From positions 832,001 through 896,000 of the forward strand of contig CAWETW010000003.1 in the NCBI GenBank assembly GCA_963812155.1: 64,000 nucleotides of DNA, written 5' to 3'. Shown here piece by piece: positions 19,089 to 28,560 of this stretch. Each line of letters starts with the position of its first letter. Positions within the stretch are counted from its first letter, which is position 1. Under the pieces are notes generated by a model. It was not told the origin of the DNA and did no database searches. It saw nothing but the letters and a program-made list of their open reading frames with translations. Source of the DNA: Vulcanimicrobiota bacterium (GTDB lineage: Bacteria; Vulcanimicrobiota; Vulcanimicrobiia; Vulcanimicrobiales; Vulcanimicrobiaceae). The translations under genes were made by a program, and so were the position numbers.

Positions 19089-19952
19089 TTAGATATCGAG
19101 GCCGTTCATGCGTTCGGCGCTTTTAACGACGTTGCGGAGCAACGCGATGTTCGTCACGGGACCGACCCCGCCGGGCACCGGCGTGATTGCTCCCGCAACC
19201 GCCGACGCGCTCTCGAAATCCACGTCGCCGCGCAGTTTCCCGTCGACGATCGTCGTGCCGACGTCGACGACCGTCGCGCCGGGTTTGAGATGCTCGCCGC
19301 GAACCAGACCCGGCACGCCGGTCGCAACGACGACGACGTCGGCGTCCTGTAGGAACGGTCGCAACGCTCCCGATTCTTTGTGCAAAACCGTGACGGTGGC
19401 GTCCTGCGCGAGCATCAGCAACGCAACCGGGGCGCCGACGACGATCGACCGTCCGACCACGATCGCACGCTTTCCGCGCAGCGGCCAATGCGGGCTGCGT
19501 TCGAGCAAAAGCATCACCGCCGCGGGCGTTGCCGGAACGAAGTCCGTGCCGCTGCCGAAGGCGAGGTGGCCTTGATTCATCGGATGCGATCCGTCGACGT
19601 CTTTATTTGCCGGAATCGCATCGGCAATGCGCCGGATGGGTAAGTGCGCCGGCAGCGGCTGCTGAAGGAGCACGCCGTGGACCGCCGGATCGTGCGCGAG
19701 ACGTTCGAGCGCGCTTCGAACGTCGCCGGGCGAGGCGTCTTCGGGAAGGCGTTCGACCGAAACCTCGACGCCGCATCGCTCGCCCGTTTTCGCCAGATTG
19801 CGCACGTACGCGAGACTCGATTCGTTTTCGCCGACGAAAACGATTGCCAGTTTAGGATGAATCCCGGCCTCGCGCAGCGCAAACGTACGCGCGAGAAGTT
19901 CGGTGCGAAGGTCGGCGGCGAGCGCTTTCCCATCGAGTATCCGGGCCGGCAC
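19089..19952 (-). CDS. folD: Methylenetetrahydrofolate dehydrogenase/cyclohydrolase
   Basis: ILDGK, KDVDG, GRSIVVG and TPVPGGVGP motifs. Confidence 0.93.
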   Translation of the reverse strand: MPARILDGKALAADLRTELLARTFALREAGIHPKLAIVFVGENESSLAYVRNLAKTGERCGVEVSVERLPEDASPGDVRSALERLAHDPAVHGVLLQQPLPAHLPIRRIADAIPANKDVDGSHPMNQGHLAFGSGTDFVPATPAAVMLLLERSPHWPLRGKRAIVVGRSIVVGAPVALLMLAQDATVTVLHKESGALRPFLQDADVVVVATGVPGLVRGEHLKPGATVVDVGTTIVDGKLRGDVDFESASAVAGAITPVPGGVGPVTNIALLRNVVKSAERMNGLDI

Positions 19953-19997
19953 GCCCTCGCCGTTCGTCCGCCGGAGGAGGCATACCCCCTGGAACGC

Positions 19998-20273
19998 GTG
20001 CGGCGCGAAGTTCGACTCGACACACGTTTTGCGGCCGACGAGTTCGAGCGCGCATTCGACCGATTCGTGCAGACGTACAACGTCGCGCCGAGCGTTGCGC
20101 GCTGCAGTCCGCAAGTGCTCGACCGATACTGCGCGTTGTTCGAACGCTTCGACGACGCCGCGCGCCGCGGGGAAGTGCGGTTTCGCGGAACTCCGATCTA
20201 CGCCGCGGTGGTGCCGAACGGAACGATTGTCTTGGAGGGAGAGGTTGACGAGACCCGCATGGGCGATTGGTAA
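19998..20273 (+). CDS. Hypothetical protein
   Basis: VRREVRLDTRF...EGEVDETRMGDW; ends 4 bp before the next gene. Confidence 0.55.
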   Translation: MRREVRLDTRFAADEFERAFDRFVQTYNVAPSVARCSPQVLDRYCALFERFDDAARRGEVRFRGTPIYAAVVPNGTIVLEGEVDETRMGDW

Positions 20274-20277
20274 CGCG

Positions 20278-20814
20278 ATGAACCGGCGCGTTCTCTGGAT
20301 CGCGGCATCGCTGGCCGGCGCAATTGCGGCCGTCGCAATCGTCGCGCCGTTCTTTCTTTCGCCGTCAAGCCACGCAGCCGGGCCGGCCGGATTCGCCGGG
20401 GAGCCGGCACCGGTTTTTCAACTGCAATCCGATTCAGGCGCAACGGTATCGCTCGCGCGTTATCGCGGCCGCGTGGTCGTATTGAATCTGTGGGCGACGT
20501 GGTGCCCGCCCTGTCGCGCCGAAATGCCGGAACTGCAGCGGCTTGCCGGAGAAGAAGCGGGGCGCGGCCTGGTCGTAGTCGGCGTCAATCAAGGCGAATC
20601 GGCGGAGACTGCGCGCGAGTTTGCGCGATCGCTGCAGATTCGGTATCCGATTTGGATGGACGACCGGCAGCAATACGGACGGGCCTTTACGGCGCTGGGG
20701 TTGCCGACGACGGTCGTCGTGGGACGTGACGGGATCGTCGTACGCGGTTACGACGGAGCGCTCACCTACGAGCAGTTGCGCGCCGCGGTTGCCGGTTCGA
20801 CGGCGCCGCATTGA
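20278..20814 (+). CDS. TlpA/ResA-family thiol-disulfide oxidoreductase
   Basis: N-terminal TM; NLWATWCPPCRAEMP. Confidence 0.9.
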   Translation: MNRRVLWIAASLAGAIAAVAIVAPFFLSPSSHAAGPAGFAGEPAPVFQLQSDSGATVSLARYRGRVVVLNLWATWCPPCRAEMPELQRLAGEEAGRGLVVVGVNQGESAETAREFARSLQIRYPIWMDDRQQYGRAFTALGLPTTVVVGRDGIVVRGYDGALTYEQLRAAVAGSTAPH

Positions 20815-21782
20815 GCGCGTTCGCCGCCGTCGCAATCGCACTCGTAGCCGTGGCGATCGTCGAAATTGCCGCGCCCGGATACGGCGTCTATCACCGCGGA
20901 TGGTTCAACGTCGCGCTCGTCGCGCTGGGCGCGATCGCGATAGCGCTCGCGCGCTCGGCCCTGGCCGGCGCACGCGGCTACGTTGCGAGCGGCGCGATCC
21001 TTGCCGTCGCGCTAGGCGCGCTCGTCGCGGCCCTCGCTACGGCCGCAAGCGGTTTGCTCGCGCCCGATAACCGGACGATCGTCGGCGCGCCCGGCCAACG
21101 CGTTCGCGTGGACGATCTCGAAGCGTCGCTCGTTTTTCCGCCGGCCGATGCGACGTCGCAGTTATCCGCCACCGCCGTCGTGCTGCTCGATCGCAAGGGA
21201 CGAGCGCCGCTGGCAATCGGCGGATCGGGGCGCTTTGCGGGGGCGTTCGCGCTGCGTCCACGCCCTCGCACGGTCGTTTTCGTCGACGCGCGCGACTTGC
21301 GTGGCGCACGTTTGACCGTAACGCAACCCTCGGGCGCGGCCTTTCTTTCTCCGGTACTTCTGATGCAGCAGCACCAGACGATCGCCGGTTTCGACGTGCC
21401 GTTCGATTCGTTCGCCGTGCCGGCAGCGCACCGGCTCGTGCGCGCGGTGCTTTTTACACCGCAACAAGCCGCGCTGATGCGCGGTCTCGAAGGCGGCGCG
21501 GGCGCGGCGGTGCTCTTCGCGGTCGACGACGAAAGCGATCGCCCGCTGCCGCACGGCGTCGACGCGGTGCGCAGCGGCGCGACGATCGCCATCGACGGCC
21601 TGCTCTTACGAGCCTTCGTGTTCGACTATCCGGCAATCGACATCGTCCCGATTCCGCCGCTTCCGGCAGCGATCGCGAGCGTCGCGCTCGTGGTCGGAGG
21701 CTTGCTGCTGGCCGCGCGCCGGAGAGGGTCCCCGGTTCACGACGGCGGCGCACCGAACATCAGAAGTCGGTCGTCGATGTGA
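20811..21782 (+). CDS. Membrane protein (3 N-terminal TMs, soluble domain, C-terminal TM; ResB-like topology)
   Basis: Hydropathy pattern; coupled to the TlpA gene. Confidence 0.55.
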   Translation: MSAFAAVAIALVAVAIVEIAAPGYGVYHRGWFNVALVALGAIAIALARSALAGARGYVASGAILAVALGALVAALATAASGLLAPDNRTIVGAPGQRVRVDDLEASLVFPPADATSQLSATAVVLLDRKGRAPLAIGGSGRFAGAFALRPRPRTVVFVDARDLRGARLTVTQPSGAAFLSPVLLMQQHQTIAGFDVPFDSFAVPAAHRLVRAVLFTPQQAALMRGLEGGAGAAVLFAVDDESDRPLPHGVDAVRSGATIAIDGLLLRAFVFDYPAIDIVPIPPLPAAIASVALVVGGLLLAARRRGSPVHDGGAPNIRSRSSM

Positions 21783-23116
21783 AGCAGAAGCCGGCAACCT
21801 TCGCGGCCGGCGCGACCAACGAATAGTGGTAGCTTCCGGTGCGTTGCTGTTCGCGTGAGAATTCGCACGCGCGCAGCGCGTCGAGGATACTCGTATTGAA
21901 GCGCAGGTTGCGCACGCCGTCCGTGATGCGTCCGTTTTCGACCAGGAACGTGCCGTCACGCGTCATTCCGGTCACGATCGCGCGCTTGCGATCGACGGGC
22001 CGCACGTACCACAGCCGGGTGACGAGCAGCCCGCGCGTCGTTTCGGCGATGAGTTGCTCGAGCGGCTTTGAACCACCGGCGACGGCGAGGTTGCGGGGCT
22101 GGCGGACCGTACGAGTTGGGCGCCGGAAGCGCGTGGCCGGTGTTCGGACGGTCGAGTTTTCGCGCGTAGTAACTGTCGGTGACGATCGTAGCGCACGACG
22201 CCGTTTTCGACGAGCGTCAGACGCTGCGTCGGGCAGCCTTCGAAGTCGAACGGCATTCCGGGCGCAAGCGGATGCGCGTAGTCGTCGTGAGACGGTAACG
22301 TTCTCCGAAAAGTATGGACGATCGAGTCCGTCGCTGCAGAACGACGATCCGTCGTCGTACGACTGCGCCGAAAAGTGGTCGGACAGGTAGACGAGCATTT
22401 CGCCGAAGGCGGCCGGCTCGAGGATCACGGTCCATTCGCCCGGATCGACCGCGATCGGTCGCGGCGCTCGCGCGCGCCTTGTCCGCCGCAACGCGGGCGA
22501 CGCCGGATGCGTCGATACTTCGCCGCCGACGGCGTCGCGTAGGCTTCTCCGAATCCGGTCGAGTCGGCGCGCGCTCATCTTCACGTTCACCGATGCGTCG
22601 GTTCCGTCGAACGAGGCGAGTGCGCCCGACGTATTGGCGACGGTAATGCCGACGACGACGTCGCCGCGAACCCGGCCGACCAATACCCCGTACGTTCGGC
22701 TTCGCGAAAGATCGCTTCGCACATCGTCGCGCGCAAGCCGGCTCCGGCACGCGCGGTGGCTTCGTCGAAGGCTGCGTCGGGCGCCGGCGCAGGCACGCCT
22801 GAAGGAAGCGTTCCGCTGCAGCGGATCTCGCGGCGCGAAGCCGGCGAGCGCAGCGGCACGCGTGACGACGCCGAGCGAGCGCGTCGTCCTCGAGCGGTTG
22901 GTTTGTGCGACGCCCGTTCGACCGTCGACGATCGCGCGCACGGAGATTCCCGCGTCGGAAGATGCGACGTTTTGATTCGAGGTTTCGTGCGTGAAACGCG
23001 TCAGCGCGTTGTCGACCGTCGAGACGAGGACTTCGGTTTGATCCGCACTGCGACAACTCGAGCGCACGCCGCGCGACGCGTTCGCGATCGGCGGCCGTAA
23101 GAACGGCGTTATCCAT
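21760..23116 (-). CDS. TldE/PmbA family protein (several frameshifts)
   Basis: Fragments across frames: MDNAVLT.., LTRF, PFDFEG, TGMTRDGTF, VRNLRF. Confidence 0.8.
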
Positions 23117-24581
23117 CGTAGCCGACTCCGACGCTGACGTTGCGAAAGCGCGCCGGCGCCGACGCTTGCGTCGTTCGTCCGGTTTGCATCGGCTCGCCCT
23201 TCCCGCAGTTCGGCGTTCCCCATGCAAACCACGAGGCTTCGTCGGCAACCGCATCGCACGAGTTCCAAAACGCGGCGTCATGCCGGCGTAGGTCGGGTTC
23301 TTGAGCATGCGTCCGCGCTTGCCGTTCTTCACTTCCCACGCGATTTCGCAGCCGAACTGAAAGTTCAGCCGCCGGTCGTCGATCGACCACGAACGGTTGC
23401 TCTCCATGTAGATGCCGTCGCGGACGTCGTCGAAGAGATCTTCGAACGGAACGTTGCCCGGCAAGCAGACTCAGGTTGCACATTCGGATCATCGGCACGA
23501 ACTCCCAGCTCTGCGCGCGCACGCAGGCGTTGCTCTCGCGTCCGATCGCGCGGGCGGTGTCGTTGCTCATTTCGTATCCGGCGAGCACGCCGTCGCGCAC
23601 GATGTCGGAACGGCCGCAGCTGCGTGCCTTCGTCGTCGTAGCCGCAGGTCGCCATGCCGCCGGCGAGCGTGTTGTCGATGACGATCGTGACGGCGCCGGA
23701 TCCGTATTGCAGCTTGTTCGAGCTGCTCGATTTCGAGAAACGATCGTCCCGGAGAAGTTGGCTTCCCAGCCCATCACGCGATCGAGTTCGGCCGGATGAC
23801 CGCACGATTCGTGGATCTGCAGCGACATCTGCGAGCCGCCGAGGATGACGTCGAAGGTGCCGCTCGGGCACTGCGGCGCGCGCAGCAGCTGCGAGCGCCT
23901 CTTCGCCGATACGCGGCGCGCCGTCGAGCAGCGCCGCCGCTTCGACGATCTCCCAGCCGCCGCGATTGGTAGAGGCCGACGTCGCCCGGATACGAACGCG
24001 TCTGCACGTCGCCGTTCGCCGACGGCCATCGCTTCGAGGCCCGCGCCGGTTTGCAGAATCCGTTGCACGATGCGCGACCCGATCGTGCTGTAGAAATACT
24101 TATCGGTGCGCCACAGAGTCGATCCACGCGCGTCCGACGGCGATGTCGGGGGAGGCGTGCAGCCTGCGTTCGGCCTCGAGCAGCAGCGCGACGCGGTCGC
24201 CGAGCGGCACGTCTGCGGGATCGCGCTGCACCGGCGTGACGAAGCGGTCGACGTAGGCGTGCTGCGGTGCGCCTTCCGATACGCCGGCGCCCGACGGCAG
24301 CGCCCGCCCGCGCGAGCGATACGGCACGAGCGGCGGTGGCATCGAGACTCGTCGTCGCCGGCTTCCCGGCACGCGGCGAATCCCCAGGCACCGTCGACGA
24401 GCGCGCGAATGCCGAATCCGTCGCTCGTGGAGTCGGCGAGCGCGGCGACGACGCCGTTGCGCACTTCGATGCGTTCGGCGCGCGCGACCTCGAAACGAAC
24501 GTCGGCATACTGCGCGCCCTGCGCGACCGCGGTGTCGAGTGCGCGTGCCGCCGCGTGGTCGAAAGGTCCGTTCGATTCCAT
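23109..24581 (-). CDS. tldD: TldD family metalloprotease (several frameshifts)
   Basis: YADVRF, GFGIRAL, HESCGH, SWSIDDRRLNFQF and NCGKGEP motifs. Confidence 0.85.
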   Translation of the reverse strand: MESNGPFDHAAARALDTAVAQGAQYADVRFEVARAERIEVRNGVVAALADSTSDGFGIRALVDGAWGFAACREAGDDESRCHRRSCRIARAGGRCRRAPAYRKAHRSTPTSTASSRRCSAIPQTCRSATASRCCSRPNAGCTPPPTSPSDARGSTLWRTDKYFYSTIGSRIVQRILQTGAGLEAMAVGERRRADAFVSGRRRPLPIAAAGRSSKRRRCSTARRVSAKRRSQLLRAPQCPSGTFDVILGGSQMSLQIHESCGHPAELDRVMGWEANFSGTIVSRNRAARTSCNTDPAPSRSSSTTRSPAAWRPAATTTKARSCGRSDIVRDGVLAGYEMSNDTARAIGRESNACVRAQSWEFVPMIRMCNLSLLAGQRSVRRSLRRRPRRHLHGEQPFVVDRRPAAELSVRLRNRVGSEERQARTHAQEPDLRRHDAAFWNSCDAVADEASWFAWGTPNCGKGEPMQTGRTTQASAPARFRNVSVGVGYDG

Positions 24582-24588
24582 TGTGCTC

Positions 24589-26694
24589 TCAATTCCCCGC
24601 GACGACGGCGCGGACGTTTCGAAGTTGAATTTGTCCGTTCGACACCTGCATTCCGCGCGGAGGGAGCACGTATAGCGCGCGCAGACGCGCGGCTTGCGTG
24701 CCGGGCGGAAAGCGCACGGTGACGTGACGCCAGCCGGGCGCATCCAGAACGGCCGCCGTCAGCAGCGTATCTTCGTTGATGGCATTGCGCACCGCGGCGC
24801 GCAATCGCGACGCGCTGCCGTCGTCGAGCACGTCGAACGAAATGCCGATCGTTCCCGGCGGAAGCGCCAGATCCGATACCGCATATGCGGCGCGTTCGTT
24901 GCCGGCGAAGGCGTATGCCAGCGTGACGCACGAGCCGCATTGCGAATCGCGCGCAACGTGTCCCCCGCCGCCGTGCGGGATCGACGTAAAACGCGCGCGC
25001 TCGGCAAAAGGCAGCGCCACTTCGTGCGATCCGACCGTCACGAGCGATTGCACTGCGGCGTTCGCGACGCGTACGGTAATGCGTGCGTTACGCGTCGCGG
25101 CGTGGAAGAGGCCGTCGCGTGCAATCGAACCGCTCGAGGTGCTCCACCGCAGCGTCTTCGGCAATGCCACCGGGTAGCCGCGCGCGTCGGCGGCGTGCGC
25201 GAAGAGCTGCAGCGTTCCGCGGTTGTCGACGTTGGCGCCCGGTGGTTCGATGGAGAGGCGGGCCGGAGCGGCGAGCACGTTGAGTTCGATGGCACCTTTG
25301 AGCGGGCCGCCATGCAGCGCGATGCGTCCCGATCCGGCTTGCCGCGCGTAGAAGATACCGTTGCGGACTTGGCCGAGCGAGGGCGGCTCGACATTCTCAG
25401 AAACCGCACCGGTCGCCGCCACGTGATTGGCGGCGTCGACGGCCGCGATGCGTAGTGGAACCGCGGCGCCGGTCACGGCGCGCACGATGCCCGGCTGCGC
25501 GACGAGACGCACCGCCGGTCCGACCGGCGCCGTGCTGTAAACGAAGAGACCGTTGCCGACCGGGCGTTCGATGCGGTCGGACGGGCTGTTGACGATCTCC
25601 GAAACGGCATCGCCGAGACGGCGAACCGACATCGTGGAAGAGCCGCCGCCGTCGAATGCAAGCCCTTCGCTCGCACCGAGCGCGCGCATGAGCGACGCGA
25701 ACTCGCGTCGCGTCAAACCGACGCTCACCGAAGGTTGGCGGCCGTCGACCTCGATGAGGAAGAGACGCCCGTCGGTTGCAATTGCGGCGCCGGTGCATGG
25801 AATGCGCTTGTCGTACTCACCGCCGTTGGGTCCGTCGGGATCGTCGATCCAGGAGCCGCCGTGGAGTATCAGCGGTCCGCCGCCGATTGCCGTGGCGATC
25901 GTATCGAGTCCGAGCGGCGACAGATCTCCGCCTGCCGACACCACGTCGCCCGGATTAGGCACGCCGGCCGTCGAGAGCGCACCGGGACCGATGGCGAGAT
26001 AGTATCCCGGCGGTTGAGCCGAAAGGTTGTCGGCAATTCCGGTAACACGGTAGCGGGCTAGCGGCGGCGTGCCGCCGAGCAGCTGCAGCGATGCCAGCGT
26101 CACGTTGTCGAGTGGCGGAACGCCGCCGTATTCCGGCGTCAGCAGCGTCGTACCGGCGTCGGCCGGCCGGCGGTCGATCGCATCGAGCGACACGGTGCGA
26201 TCGCCGACCTGCACTTGTCCCATGAACGAGAATTCGGCGACGTGGGCGGCGCCGTCGCGCGTCAGCGCGAGAGCGTAGCGGTTGCGGGGCATCTGGAGCA
26301 GCGTGCCGTTGCGAATCACGATGTTGGTGGGCCGATTGGTCGCGCCGATGTCGTAATAGTCGCCGTTGATTCCGGCAACCGCGCCGGTGCGCTTCGCCAT
26401 CGAGCCGACCGTTTCGCCGTGCGACTCGAGCGTATCGTGCGCGAGGACTTCGCCGACCTTCACGTCGCTGCGGTGCGTGTCGACCGCGACGATCCGCACG
26501 ACCACCGGGCCGGCCGTCGTCGTCATCGGGTACTCGCCAAACGTGACTCCCGGCGCGATCTCTTCGATCGTGGGCGCCTGCTGAAGAATTTGCGGAAAGG
26601 GCGGAGCGGGCGCGAGCGTTGCCGGCAGGACGGCGGCTCGGGCCGCCGCGCCGCAACATACCAGCGCCGCGACGGCGATCGAAACGATTTTCAT
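24589..26694 (-). CDS. Secreted phosphodiester glycosidase (NAGPA-like) family protein with C-terminal Ig/CBM-like domains
   Basis: Signal peptide; AGINGDYY, EVDGRQ and FDGGGSS motifs. Confidence 0.82.
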   Translation of the reverse strand: MKIVSIAVAALVCCGAAARAAVLPATLAPAPPFPQILQQAPTIEEIAPGVTFGEYPMTTTAGPVVVRIVAVDTHRSDVKVGEVLAHDTLESHGETVGSMAKRTGAVAGINGDYYDIGATNRPTNIVIRNGTLLQMPRNRYALALTRDGAAHVAEFSFMGQVQVGDRTVSLDAIDRRPADAGTTLLTPEYGGVPPLDNVTLASLQLLGGTPPLARYRVTGIADNLSAQPPGYYLAIGPGALSTAGVPNPGDVVSAGGDLSPLGLDTIATAIGGGPLILHGGSWIDDPDGPNGGEYDKRIPCTGAAIATDGRLFLIEVDGRQPSVSVGLTRREFASLMRALGASEGLAFDGGGSSTMSVRRLGDAVSEIVNSPSDRIERPVGNGLFVYSTAPVGPAVRLVAQPGIVRAVTGAAVPLRIAAVDAANHVAATGAVSENVEPPSLGQVRNGIFYARQAGSGRIALHGGPLKGAIELNVLAAPARLSIEPPGANVDNRGTLQLFAHAADARGYPVALPKTLRWSTSSGSIARDGLFHAATRNARITVRVANAAVQSLVTVGSHEVALPFAERARFTSIPHGGGGHVARDSQCGSCVTLAYAFAGNERAAYAVSDLALPPGTIGISFDVLDDGSASRLRAAVRNAINEDTLLTAAVLDAPGWRHVTVRFPPGTQAARLRALYVLPPRGMQVSNGQIQLRNVRAVVAGN

Positions 26695-27989
26695 GGGCGA
26701 TGCGGTGCGTTCGACGCGCGCCTCCCCGGCCATACCGCAACGGCAAGCGGATAACTGCCCGTTGCAAACGGTGCGTGCGGCAAGCGACGCAAAGTCCGCG
26801 AATCGAAGGCATCGATCCGGTCGGCGCGCGCGCACGGCACGAACAACCGTCCGGCCGAATCGAGGGTCGGCTTCCACGGCGTGCGGCACGTCGCCAGCGG
26901 CGGACGTTTGGGCAGCAGCGTTCGCGCGTCGAGAACGTCGACGGCGTCCAACTCCTCGTCGGTGACGAACAGCGTGTTATCGCGCGCGTCGAGCGCTTCG
27001 CCGATCGGGAACGTCAGGTCGCGGCTGCGCGCGACGACGCGCGGCGGCGAACGGCGAAGATCGAAGGCCACGGCCGCTCCGGGCTGCGCGAACGGCGAGG
27101 CGGCGCTTTGATTGGAAATCGCGTACAGGCGCCGCCCGTCTGCAGAAAGCGCGAGCGAGAAAACGCGCGGCACGGCGGCAAAGCGGCGCAGAACGCGCAT
27201 CGAACGCGCGTCGACAACGGCCACCGTCCCGTCGTTGACGTTGGCGACGTAGACGAGCTGCCGGCGTACGTCGACGGCCAATCCTTCGGCCGTGCGTCCG
27301 GTGACGACGGTCACGATGCTGCCGTCGCTCGCGACGCGGGTCAGCGCGCCGTCGCCTTTGACGTCGCGATTGGTGATGAAAATAGCGCGAGCCGGGTCGT
27401 CGACCGCGATTTCATCGCCGAACGGCACGCTGCCGAAGCGCGAAACGCGCCACGGCGCAAGCGCCGCAAACGTCACGGCGTTGCCCTGCGTGTCGGTCGC
27501 CGCAAGGCGTCCGGTCGCGTCGAAGGCGTCGTCGCTGGCAGCGCCGCCGGTTGCCAGAATGCCGAGAACCGAAAAGGTGCGAGCGTCGTGAAAGACGATG
27601 CCGTCGTCGTAACTCGCGACGGCGAGCAACGCCTGACGAGGCGACGGCGGCGCGGTGATGCGAAGGGCGCGCGCGGCGAGCCCGCTCCGATTGCCGGCGA
27701 CGAGAAGCGTGTCGGCGGGCGATGCATCGGCCGCGATTTCGTAGGTTCCGTCGTGGCGAAAAGTGCCTTCGCCGAGCAGCGCGACGTGGTACGGCGCCGA
27801 AAAACCGTCGACACGCACGGCGAAGGTGCTGCCGGGAAAGTACGGCCAGCGCGAGATCGCAATCGTACCCGTCGCGCGGTAACCGCTGGGCGCGCGCGCA
27901 ACGCTCGCGCACAACATCGGCGCGACGGCGAGCGTGAGCGCGCAGGCGAGTGCGCGCCGGATGCGTTCCGGCTGCCGGCTGCGATACAC
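26691..27989 (-). CDS. YncE-like beta-propeller protein
   Basis: Repeated GLAVD..LVYVAN..GTVAVVD-type blades. Confidence 0.75.
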   Translation of the reverse strand: MYRSRQPERIRRALACALTLAVAPMLCASVARAPSGYRATGTIAISRWPYFPGSTFAVRVDGFSAPYHVALLGEGTFRHDGTYEIAADASPADTLLVAGNRSGLAARALRITAPPSPRQALLAVASYDDGIVFHDARTFSVLGILATGGAASDDAFDATGRLAATDTQGNAVTFAALAPWRVSRFGSVPFGDEIAVDDPARAIFITNRDVKGDGALTRVASDGSIVTVVTGRTAEGLAVDVRRQLVYVANVNDGTVAVVDARSMRVLRRFAAVPRVFSLALSADGRRLYAISNQSAASPFAQPGAAVAFDLRRSPPRVVARSRDLTFPIGEALDARDNTLFVTDEELDAVDVLDARTLLPKRPPLATCRTPWKPTLDSAGRLFVPCARADRIDAFDSRTLRRLPHAPFATGSYPLAVAVWPGRRASNAPHRP

Positions 27990-27996
27990 GACGCTC

Positions 27997-28560
27997 TTAC
28001 GCGCGAAAGTATCCGACCAACAGCAGGACGAGGCCGACGATGCTCAACGCGCTGCCGATGCCAAGGAGTGCGCGCGTGCGCACGAGCGTCGAGATCGACA
28101 CGAGTACGACCGAGATATCGAAGAAGGTCGTTCCGAGCTGCAGCACTTCGTACGACTTCAGAACCTCGTCGGAGTGAAGATCGTCCCGTTCGGAGTCGGC
28201 TTCGAGCCATTGCGCCCGCACGAGTAACGACTGCGACGCTCCGTTTTCGCGATCGGCGAGGTCTTGCACGGCCTTACGCCCTTTGGCGGTCTTCAAAATT
28301 CCGGAATCGATGAGCGTCTGGGCGATTTGATACCGGACTTGCTTGGCTTCGTATTTTCCGTACGCGTCGGAGGCTTTTGTCTGAGCGAGGATCGCCTGAT
28401 TCTTCGTGGTGAGTGCCGAAATCGACCGATGGTGCGCGAGCAGCGTCCCGAGCGCAGCGAGAACGGCGGCGACGGCGATGACCACGGAGGTCAGGCGGTC
28501 GCGCCTGCCTCGGCGTATCTCGCCCGCTTCGCTCAAGGTTTTGTGGACGTTCTCGCTCAC
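27997..28560 (-). CDS. DUF4337-like membrane protein
   Basis: N-terminal TM, ASDAYGKYEAK segment, coiled region, two C-terminal TMs. Confidence 0.7.
   Translation of the reverse strand: MSENVHKTLSEAGEIRRGRRDRLTSVVIAVAAVLAALGTLLAHHRSISALTTKNQAILAQTKASDAYGKYEAKQVRYQIAQTLIDSGILKTAKGRKAVQDLADRENGASQSLLVRAQWLEADSERDDLHSDEVLKSYEVLQLGTTFFDISVVLVSISTLVRTRALLGIGSALSIVGLVLLLVGYFRA

Noticed and set aside
21760..24581. tldD/tldE as pseudogenes
   Set aside because: Motifs are intact and only indels are seen, the same pattern as in essential der/plsY, so probably assembly error
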